Source: Thalia democratica
Taxonomy: Eukaryota
NCBI GenBank assembly: GCA_965202585.1
Contig: OZ241829.1
Coordinates: forward strand, 33,480,001 to 33,544,000
Direction of reading: 5' to 3'
Length of the DNA stretch: 64,000 nucleotides
Numbering within the stretch: position 1 is the stretch's first letter; each line of letters opens with the position of its first letter. Positions 13,901-25,900 of this stretch are shown here, one piece after another. The notes beneath the pieces were generated by a model. That model saw nothing but the letters and a program-made list of their open reading frames with translations. It was not told where the DNA came from and searched no databases. A program made the translations under genes and the position numbers.

Positions 13901-16900
13901 GTAAAAATTTGCTTGTTTTTGTTAAACAAACTAAAAAAGGTAAACCAAGCTTTCTTTAACAACTTCAAGTCATACTTTCTTGACAGTTAACAAAGTTGTC
14001 AAAATCAATAAAATTTTTCGAACAAAGGACAAACAAAGTCATAATGGTCATGTTTGTTTCAAACCGAGTTTTTCTTTGTCTCGAGCAACGAGCGATCTGA
14101 AGTAGATGACCCGGTCCTTGTGCGAAATGACGAACGGCATCTTGTTGAGGAGGAGCAGCGCTCTGGACGTTGATTGGTTCAACTCGCTCCTCAGCGTTGA
14201 CGCTTTCACTGATCTTTATAACATTTGTTTTTCACATTTAAGTTGTTGTGATGTTCAACTTTGATAAAAATTACAGTCAACTATGTGTATTGTAGGCGCA
14301 CAAAAATTTAACACTTAAAGTTCATACAAATGTTTTAGTTTACGCAAAAACTGCCCATTCAAAAAAACTTAGCTTTGAAAATTTACAAAAGCTCGACTTT
14401 AAGACAAACAGCTTATCAAAAAAACTTGAGAAAAATAAAAACTTTAATTTTGTAGAAAAGAACTACTCAAATTTTAAAACAACTACCAAACTATGCTTGA
14501 ACAAAAACCAACTTGATAAGCCAGTGGCTGTGAGGAGTGAAAGGTTTTCTGGAATCTCTGTCATACAAAATGGTCAAAAGTGAGTGGGCTGAATCGTACA
14601 CCAGCCGCAAATAGCTGCCTTCACCTGTTGAAGCTTAACTTGAATAAAATGTTCTGCGTGTTTTATATTAGACGTGTTATTTGTCACTATTTTTATTAGG
14701 AGACTCAATGCTTTTTTAAACACATAAGTGTTCAAGGTTGCCAAAGGTTTCTTGAAAATTCTTTCAAACTTTCATTGGTTTGTAAAAGTACGTGTCTTTT
14801 GTCCATTTTAAGTATAAAATTGAATTTAAGGTACTAAACTGTCCTAAATAAAAAGATGCTATAATATTTTTTATAGTAAATAAAATTCTAAATGATGCAA
14901 AAAACGGTATTTAATTTATTTTTGCATATAATCAAAATTATACTATTACACATATAAAAATTGTTTGATATTCCATGTTTTTGGACAACCCTGTAATGAC
15001 GTACCATTTCAAATAATTTCCACTACTCATATAATTTAAAATATAGAGGCAAAAATATGTGAGCTATATTTCGATTAGAGCATAAACTTTCAATTGTAAC
15101 TCACCATTTGTGGTTTTTTAGTGGTTTGCAAAGTTAAAGCTTCACAGGGGTCACATTAAAAATTAATCAAAAAGTATTAAACTAAGAATAAATGCATAAA
15201 AAATGTTTCTTATTATTTTGATATATAAAATAACTGCAACAAAAACTCAAGGCCTAAACCAGGCTTTGGCAACATTTTACAAATAACTAATCAAAAGAAC
15301 CTTGAGAAATGTAAAAAAATTAACTAATGCGTACCATTAATGTTAACAATTGTATAGAATAAGTATTTAGAAACGTAACAAGGCGTTTGTAGGTTTTTGT
15401 GTTCAAAAAGTCATTGTTTCAGATGGTAAATTTTTCTACATAACAAAATGAGTTTTATAAACAAATTATTAGAGAATTCGGAAAGCTATAAAAAAAAAGT
15501 ATCAACTAATTACACATAAATGAATTTAAAGTAACTTCAATAAAACAAGATTTTCTTTTAATTAAAAAAATGAAACGTTTTTTTGCACAAGTTGTTTTCA
15601 AACAAAAAGTAAGTCGGATCCGCAAACTCACACACTACTGACTTTACAAAAGGGTTACCAAGCAAATTTTAATAATAGTCCCTCTGCAGAAATTTTAAAC
15701 TACAATCGCCTCCTTTTAATAGAAATCACCCCTTTACAGGTTAATTTATACTTTATTTTTCACCCTCTAACTATCTGCTAGACCTGGTAGCCAAAATCAT
15801 ACACTTTATTGAACACTAATTTTGAGCTTAAAAATTGAAATGTTATAAGTCACCATGTTAAGTGATTAAATTAGAAACGATTTGATTTTAAACCCTATAG
15901 TTAAATGAATTTGACTCGAATAAATACTTTTAAATGTAATTAAGCGTTTGTGGTTTTTTTTTTCTGTGACTTGAAAAATAATTGCTATAGAAGGTAGAAT
16001 TTTCTACATAACCAAATCAAGTTTTATAAAAATGTAGATAACTAGAGATATGTGTAAATTAGGCAGTTCTTATTTTGTATAATTACTTCATATGACTAAT
16101 AAAATTCTTAAAACTCTTTAAATGCAAAGCTTAAATAGGTTCATCATTTAATACCAATACTGTTTACACAAAGTAAAAAATATAGAGGGCAAATTTGATT
16201 ATGCGTTATATGAATAGTTTTAGTTAATTTTCCTCAACTTTAAGCGGTTAGAATTAAAGATCGATTTTAAGACACTTTGTGTTAATATCGATTTGACTCC
16301 AATATATATGTTCTAATATTATAAGTATTTGTGTTTACTTTTAGCAATTTGCAAAGTAAATGACTTATAAGGTATTATTGCATTTGATAATAATTAAAGT
16401 GTATGAAGAAATTAGCAACAACAAATTAGTGCAATAACTACAAAGTTTTAAAATGCGCTTGTGTTTTTTCTATTCGAAAGTATTACAACATACAGCAACA
16501 CTCTAAAAAACTTAATAAATCAAAAGTATAATAAACTAGTTTCAATAAATGCAATTGGAAAATAAGCATTACGTGCTAGTTTTTTCTGTTATATTTTAAA
16601 TATATCATTTATTGTTATTAGGTTATACAATTTTAAGAACAAAAAACAACGGTTATTATATAAAAAACATTCATAAAACCAGTTTTTGTAATATTATAAG
16701 AATTTTTTTTTAATTGTCTACAAAAAATGTTTTCCGCATTTACTAGTTATATATCATTTTAAACAAACATACTTTTATCATAAAATCCCTCCCAGCAAGC
16801 TTTGAAGATGAATTGTTTGAGAAAAGTGGATATGGTGAGAAGCTCTTCCAAATGAAAGGGAACTTGCTGTTCGTAAAACTCCACATCATCTAACATTCTG

Positions 16901-19900
16901 TTAAAGTATAAAACAAATAATTGCTTTAATCATTTCCAATATCGTTAAAATAAATTGTTTTAAAAAAGTAGAATTTAAACACACTAGTAACTAAAAACAT
17001 AAAACTTTGTGAATAAAAACAATACTAAAAAGTGTGATAAAGTTCATTAGAACCATGTTTTATCAAAAAATAAGTTCACAACTTGTAATGAAAAAATTAA
17101 CAGCAGATACATTTTCTGTGTGACTCAAAGAAGGATGTTAAGGTCACGTGACAAACTTAACAACAAGCATGTAACAACAAACGATGCGATGTGGGCAGTC
17201 ATGTCGCAGAACAACGTGAACACCGCAAAGTACGGTCTGGATTGCCCAACGTCGAAACTCATCGCCTTCAGGAACAGATCCAGCCCGCCCTTCGGCCCCA
17301 ACTCGCATATGAACCTCCACAGCTTGATCAGAACGTCGTCCATGAATATCAGTCCTGCATTATTGTGAACACTTGTTTGAAAATAGTTTTAATACTTTTT
17401 TGATACACAGAAGTATATCTTAAATAGGTCAGTTGTTAATGTTGTTCTCAAACACCAAACTTAACTTGACATTCTTTGCATGATTTTATACTAGTTGTAA
17501 TATTTGTTTCAAATCCTTTATGTTTCAAATAAATAATCTTAATTGATGTACAAAATAGAAAACTAAAAGTTTTTGTGAACTTTCTTGCATATAATTTTAC
17601 CTTTTTTGAAGAAAAAGTTGTACTAAATTTTAGTTTTAACAACAAGTGTTTAATGATAACTTAAAATAATTTTCTTTGTGGTTTTTATTTAGTTTACATC
17701 TAATTTGAACTTATAAAACAACTTAAATAAAAATTTTGTATAATTTCTTTTGTATCGTTCATTATAACTTCTTCAACCTAATTTAAATTATTAGTCAAGT
17801 TGGGAACAAAGTTTTTTAAGTATTCATGTTGGTTAGTAATAAAAAATCAATACTTGAAGAAATTTTACAAAACTTGAATTTCAAACCGGTGAGCATCTCC
17901 ATTTTGAGCTGATTGGTGAATATTTGCAGGCAGGTGGTGAGGAGTTGTGACGTCATGCACACTGACGTCACCTCCTCGTACTCCAACTTTCTCCCTCCGC
18001 ACGGAAGCTGCACTCTTCCGTCCGTGTCGTCCCTTCCCACTATCATCCTGCGCAGGTACGAACTTATCTTCGTCGTCACTGGAAATGTTTTTTGCGAATG
18101 ATTTTACTTCAATAAAATAATTCAATAAAAGTTCTTATTTTTTATTTAAACTGAACATTGGTGTCTGTATTTCTGTGCTTTTTTTTTTTTGGAAAGTATA
18201 AACAACTGCCGTTCAAACCAAACTGATTTTTGTTACTCATAAAATTTAGTTTCTTTACTAAATAAAACATTAATAAAGGATTAGTACAGCAAAGGAAAAA
18301 TTAGTATATTCCAAATACCATATATAACAAAATAAGGGTTGATTTCTAGAATACAAACAAACAAAACCCTTCGTAGAATCAAAACAAATATTTTTTACTG
18401 AGGTATAAATGGCTAAGACTAAGTCCGACTTTTTTTTACTTTTAGTCTATTTTTTAGTCAACTAAATACTTAATAGAAACAGAATTATTAAATTAATGAT
18501 AAATACTTTTTTGTTTAGGTGGTTCCCCCTTGGCAACGATCTGTTCGGCGGAGGATGGGGTGGTGGTGACTTCGTGGAGAGGCTGCAGAGTGAGGAGGGA
18601 GCGGAAGATGGCCCGCACGAAATCTGGTTTCCATAGAAACGCCAGCTGCTTCCTCACCAGAGGCGTGAGAGAGTTTGAAACTCTGAAATTTGAAAAAAAT
18701 ATAAATATTTTTTTTTGAAATTAACTAATAAGTTATTAATTTTGGAAACTATAACTTTTTTGAAAATCTAGTTTTTTTTATCATTTTGAAAATATTTGAA
18801 GAAATCACATATTGACAGAAGGCGAAAAACTTTCTATAATTAAAAAAACAGGATACAAGTATAAAAGCTTTTAGTTTGAGTGGGAAATTGTACAACAAAA
18901 AATTAATGCTTTTCTATTGGATTTATATGTTAGAAAATTATCTGATAAGAAACTGAGGGAAAATTTATAACCAAGTTTTTATTAAATATTATTATAAACA
19001 GGGTGGCAACTGATTTTTTTTTCTTCTCGGTTTTCTGATTTTATTCCAGTTTTTTAAAAGTACAAGTTTCTTAATCTATTTTTAGTATAAACTTAAATTT
19101 AAGGTGAAAAACTGCTTTAAATAGTAATTAATATTGAAAAAATACAGTAAGGTACTTTAAAGGTGTTTTACAATAAATAAAACTCTAAAAATTGAAAGAA
19201 ATTATATTGTATATAATACATATTTTGTATAAAACTAAATTTAAAAAATTGTTCAAAATTCTTTTTTTTTTATATCTTTTTTACAGGTTCTTTTTTGCCC
19301 AAAATTTCAATATCCAAGTTAAACCCTGTATTCATTAACTGTATTTATCAACTTAAAATTTAATGCTTTGAGTAAAAAATTTTTAAGTTTTAAATGACTA
19401 TTTTCACAGTAAATCAACAAAATTATAAAAAAAAACAATAATAATGCAAAATTAAAACAAACTGATTAGATGTTTGTGGAAAATGTCCGAGTACCGAATG
19501 GTAAGTGGAAGTGGTCGAGTTGTTTTTGTCTTTTGTGTTTGATTCAATGTACACCAATATTTTCGTCAGTACTATCTGTCATAAAATTAATAAAACTCAT
19601 ATTAAAATTATAGAATTAAATAACAAAACAAAAACAACTTATTGCAAAAGTTAGAACCTATGTTTAATTATTTACGATAATATGGGCAGGCACTTTAAAC
19701 TTCAAAAACGATACTTTTAAATATATACAATCATTTTTAATACCAAAAAACTAAATTATTTATATGTACTTATTTTAATTACTTCAAAAAATATAAACAC
19801 GTAAAGTAGTAACGTTTATTGAACTCAAAAAAAAAACGATTTAAATGAAAAAACTCACAACGCAGTGTTTAGTGTGAGCTTGCAGCAGGTCGGTTCTACT

Positions 19901-22900
19901 CGCCAGAATTTCGACCAGATTGGCCAGCAGCGACAGGCAGCCAATCACCGAGTTGCTGACGTCATTTCTATGCAACGCCTGTATGACGTCATCAACAGAC
20001 AGATCCTTAAAAATTCTGGTTATGACGTCGTCTTTTTTAAGAAACGCACCGAACTCCTGTATGTTGTTTTAATAAGTTTAAATGATGGAAGGCACATAAA
20101 AATGAGACCATTCATCTTGTACATAATAATAATAATACAAAAACAGTTGAGAATTCAACCTTTAACGAACTTTTTAAATACTGTTTGGATTTTCAATACT
20201 TGTTTTTACTATAAAATTACCTCAAAAACTAATCTTAATTTTTAATAGAACGTTAGTTAGTTTGAAGAAAAATATATTTACTTTTTTTTTGGTATATACA
20301 CAACAACTATAAACAATCATTAGTGTTATTATTTACTAAAATTTAAAAAAAAATTTACATAAGTGTTTGAAATTTTAAAAATTATCTTGGTCTGGCTGGA
20401 TTTTGATTTGAAAAAAAAGATCTTGATCCAGTAGATCAATAATTTTGATGTTTTATTTTATTTTAAGTATTAATTCATCTAAGAATTTTAATCTAAGAAA
20501 TTCAGTAAAGTTATGTTTATAAACTACTAATCATAGGTACTATTATATTCCACATACCATAAATTTCATTAAATCATTAGAAAACTTTGTTATAATTAAG
20601 TCTAAGGTTTTTAAGTTTTAAAACTGTAAGTAAACTATAAGTATCTACTACCGTTATTATTTGATCTATTTTTTTATTTAAAATAATTCAAAGTAGCAAA
20701 TACTTACTAATGAACATAACTTAATACTTGAAATTAAAAAAAAAAACATTTAAATTATTGATCTACTGGATCCAGATCTTTTTTTCAGATCAAAAACCAC
20801 CCAGACCAAGATAATTTTTAAAATTTAAAGCAGTTTATGTTAAATTAATTTTTTCAATATACTGTTGTTATGTGTTTTTATTTATTATTATGTTCTAGTA
20901 AATAATTTAACAAATTTGATAAATAATGTTTTGTATAGTGATTTAAATCAACTTTGAATAAAGTATGCAAAGGTCAATTGATTAAGAATAAAAAATTTCG
21001 CCAAAAATAAAAACAGTACAAAAAAAAATGTTGTATCATGAAACGAACAAAGCAAAATGACAATGAATCAATTAATCAACATGCTTATATTGATCCCATT
21101 AAGTAAAACATATGCCGATAAAATAATGCATGTTGAAAAAATTTGCTTTGAATTTTTTATCAAATAATTATTAAATTTCTAAAGCTACGAAAACATATAT
21201 ATAAAAGTTTGCAAACTTATATATAATAGATCAATTACTATTTCTTAATGTGTCTAACACCATGGATTTGTTTGTGTTTGATAATTTGCCTAGATTTTGT
21301 GTTTTTTTCAGGGATTTTTTCGTTATAAATTTAGTGTGAATATTTTTGAATTATAAATGTTTAGTTTATACAAAAGAAGTTAACTTTTTTTCTTTTCATT
21401 TAGAGAGGTCCGCATCTTTCTAAAAATCAGAATCCGGTAGATTACTAATAAAACCTAAGTAAATGTTTTCAAAGGGTTTCAGTACAACAATTACACATTC
21501 AATTTATTTAAGAACATTCACAGTATAGAAAAGCGAATTTTTCTATGCATTTTATTACAACTTTTTATTAACTTTTAAGGGCTTAGTTTACTCAACAAGT
21601 TGTTTCCATTTATGATATCAGAATGTTGTAAGTTTCATAAAATAACTCTTTAAAGTAAAAAAATATTTATAAAATAAATAAAAATACTTTCGCGACTATA
21701 TATAAGAGCCCTTCAAATCCAGCTACAAATGTAAAGATTTCACAAAAAAAAAGTTCTTAATTAATTAAGTTAACGTTTTCAACTTTTTAAGTTGTCTACT
21801 ACAAACTATCTTCAAATGTATATTATCATTATTTGGTATACAACCTAAACTTATTATTAAATTTTTGTTAAGTGTCATTATTTTAGTTTGAGTAGTTCAA
21901 CAGTAAAAAAATAATGCTTAGTACAAATTTGAAAACTCAACATACTTTCGCAGTGATGAAAAACAAAAAATTAGAATGTAAAAATAAATTTATGGAAAAT
22001 AAAAGATATAGTACTTTAAATACATAATATATTTTTATAATCTTAAATTGTTTCCCTTATTTGTTTTTTATTAAAAATACGTATCACTTTTAACTGTTTA
22101 TTGTTGTCGTGCTGCTTGAAGTAATTTTAAATTTTTGTAAAAAATCAGTTAAATCAAATCAAAGTTAAAATTTTTATTTTACAACGTGAACAAACTCAAA
22201 ACATTTTACTATTTCTAACTTGCTTAACACAAACTTATCGTTTGAAAACACTTAACACTTTTACAAACACTATAGCAACAAACAAGTACTACAAATACAG
22301 CTTTTAGTACATTTTTTTTAATAAAAAAACTGTAAAGAAGGAGTAACCTGAGGTGCTCGCGTTCGAAGTTGCGTTATGAAGGAAGGGATGGTAAGAACGT
22401 TGATTAAAAACTGAAATGATGCCTCGTTTGACCACCTCACCGCCGATAACTGCCTGTTGTTTGGAGCACATTTTTTAATACAACATTCTGATATCATACA
22501 TACACAAAATTTGATGTTTTTAATAGTAAATAGTTTACTAAAACTTTTTCAGTAGCTTTAATATTTATACACTGACTGTTAATAAGTTTAAAACATTAAA
22601 GCTGCGAAAAGTAAGTTAAAAAATACAAAAATGATAACAGCTGTTTTCATTTAGTACTTATGACTGTAGTGATAGTTAGCACAGGGTTACCACTCGTTTT
22701 TTCAAAATTTTTTCCATGTTTTTAAAAGTACACATTTTTGGGTCTATTTATAGTTTAGAGTTAAGTTTAAGGTAAGAAACTGTGTTAAATAGTATAAAAA
22801 TATTGAAAAGATACTGTAAAGCTACGTTAAATATGTTTTTTAATAAAAAATTTTTTGATGATGACAAAAATTTTCTATTTATACCATAAATTTTTTGAGT

Positions 22901-25900
22901 CAAATCGAAATTTTTCTACTAAACATGTGAAAATTGCTAAAATTCAAGGTTTTTCCAGGTATTTTTAGTGGTTTTTGTTCGAAATTCCAGGTTTATCCAA
23001 AATTTCTCAAATTCTAGGTTTTTCCAGATTTTTTAGCCGAAACTGTCAAATTCCAGGTTTTTCAAGGTTTTTCTGGGTTTCCAGGTAGAGTGGCAACCCT
23101 GTTAGGAATAATCAAAGGAATTTTTCTAGAAAAAATATACATACAGTTAGAACTTTGATTAAAAGTATTTAGTGATGGTAGAAATTAGTTTTATTTTTCT
23201 ACAGTCAAATGTATTGGCCTAATATTTAGTTTTAAAAAAACATAAACTTTTTATTAAACAAAAGCAAACGAATAAACAATTAAATTTTTTTAGAAATTTT
23301 AAGAAAATGTAAAGTTTAACTTTGTAGTCTAAATTAAAGAGTACTTTAAGACAGTTTTTTTTAACATTTAAGTCATCGATATCAAAAAATTATTACAACT
23401 CTGAAAAAATCTTTATGAATTTTAATTATATATTCAAGCAATTTAACACTTTGATAAACAATAAACATTTACGTAAAAATAATAACATTTATGCTTTTAT
23501 TTAATTAGCTTTATAAATTGTAAACTAAATTTTATTAATTCTAAAAGACTATGAAAATAAACCAATTTTACTAAATGCATTTTGCATAAACATGAGATAC
23601 CAAAAACTTATAAAATAGTTTAGAAACTTATGTTTAAAACTACCAAAAGTATAGTTTATATAAACTTTAAAAGCTCTACTACAAACAACTATCAAATTGT
23701 TATCTTAAAATATAAGAAAAAGTAAAAAGTAAATCTTATAGTAACACTTTATTTAGTTAGGGCGTTAAAAGTGTTTAATAAACAATAAAAAACAAAGAAA
23801 ATTTATTTTTAGGTGAAGTTTCTTTTTAAGACTGCATAGGAATAAAAATTAAAAACTACTTTATTTTTTTTAACTGTACGTTGCCCACCCCTAATCTAAA
23901 TTATATATCTTATGCTCTTGTATAAACTTAACTAAGTCTTGTATAAACTTAATTATTATCTCTGTAACATTTTTGATAACAAAAGTTTCAAATCAAACTT
24001 ATAAGTAAAACAGCTTATTTTAAATTTGTTTGTTTTTAAACTTATTCAATTGAATTTTAATAAATAGTAATTTGTAAAAATAGATGCATACATATTAATT
24101 TTAGCCCTTGTTATTCTTTTGATTTTGTTTTTAAGAATATTGCTTTAAGAATAAAATATTTATTTACTTTTACTGTTTTGCATACACTTCTACCCACATC
24201 TTCTTATAGATCTAACCTTTTAAGTTATTAGCTAAAACAATGATTTATTTAAATCAAGACAAGTTTTTATTAGTTTTGCTTTAAAATACAAATCTATATT
24301 GATTTTTATAGAAACCTTTTTTGCTTGGGTTTTTAAAAATATGCTTATTTTTATTGGTATTTATGTTTGTAATTTTTTTTTTTCATTTTAACTTTGTTTT
24401 TATTAAGTTAATTAGTCAGTAATAGAAAATTAATTTCACCTGAACAAAAAACTGACAAAGCATTTAAAACTGGTCGAGTTCAAAGAGGTTATACAAGATG
24501 CAAGAACACCTCCCATTATTTGAAGGTTGTCTTTTTTAAAAGCATCAAGTAGAATATTTGCGCAAATTGCATTCAACGCCTTGTGAAGTTTTGATTGTTT
24601 CTAAAAGTATTTTATATACCATAAATAGTATCACTAATTTGAATATTCAACACTTTAAATATATATTTTTATCAGATAGTTCTTATAATATATTCTTATA
24701 ATTATAACTTAAAAAAAACCTATTTCAAAGGGTAAACTGGTTTTTCAAACTAACAAGTATATAGAAATACTTTCAACCAAACATTTTTTCATATTTTAGT
24801 TCGTTAAACAAAACAGAGTAAAAATAATTATAAATAAAACTTAAATTTCTTATAAAGTAGATTAAACATTTTTTCTATAAAATGTTTTGTATTCAATACT
24901 AAATTAAGAATAACTAATATTTTAATCTTGCTTTCAAAAAATTAGACATAAAATTAAACACAATTTAATTAAACTTGTTTAAATATTTTAAATTTATCAC
25001 CTGTAATGATTTCCAGCTTTTAATTTCAGTAAAACAAGCAAGCGTTTGAGTGTAAAGTTGGATTGAAGAAACCTTTTTATCCTCTTTCTGTTACAGTTAA
25101 AGTATGCATATTTGAAATTATATTAAAATAAGTTAAAAACATTTTTAATTCTTTTCAAAAAAGAGCTGTGATCTTCTTATTGCAACATACAATTTTAATC
25201 AACAAAATATTTATAAAACTTTACCACAAAATATTTCAACTAAGTGTACCTCTTTGAGCAAACATTTTGAGACAAGAGTGAGAAATTGCTTTATTTGAGA
25301 AACGCACCTCAAAGCATGTGTTTTTGTAACACACAAAGACACATATGAAGTCTGCAGTACATAAAGTGTAAGTGAATTTATAATTAACACTTTTGTGGAA
25401 TTTGAAAGATAAAAAAAAAGTAATTGCTATTTAATATATAATTCACGCCATTTTATTTTGTTACTTGATTATTTACTCATTTAAAAAAGATTTGTTTTTT
25501 AGAAAAATGTTTGTACACATCAACTCTGGTGCACAAAAAATACATTGAAATATTTTAAACCTAAATTTATATTACAAGAAAAGTTAAAATTTGTTATACG
25601 ATATATATTTTTTTATTTAATGAAAAAAAGACTAATAAAATACCAGACTTTACTGACTTTTAGACTTTCTTCATGACTAGTGTTTTTGACAAGAAACAAG
25701 CAAAAGTTTTGAAAACGAGACTTGTCTACCGAATGATCATACACCAACAGCATTTTTACCATTGCTGAATAAATTTCTGTTGCATTTTTGTTTGTATCAA
25801 TTTGCAAAGTCGTGGTACTTTTAGCTTTCTTGTTATGTTTTTCATTGGCTAGCTGGACTTGTTCATTTTCATTGCTATCATCTGGTTGAAGTGAGTTGTT

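Noticed and set aside
10755-20245. + strand ORFs opposite UBE3B exons (e.g. 13392-13781, 19865-20245, 17120-17368)
   Set aside because: Antisense shadows of coding exons that run into AT-rich intron.
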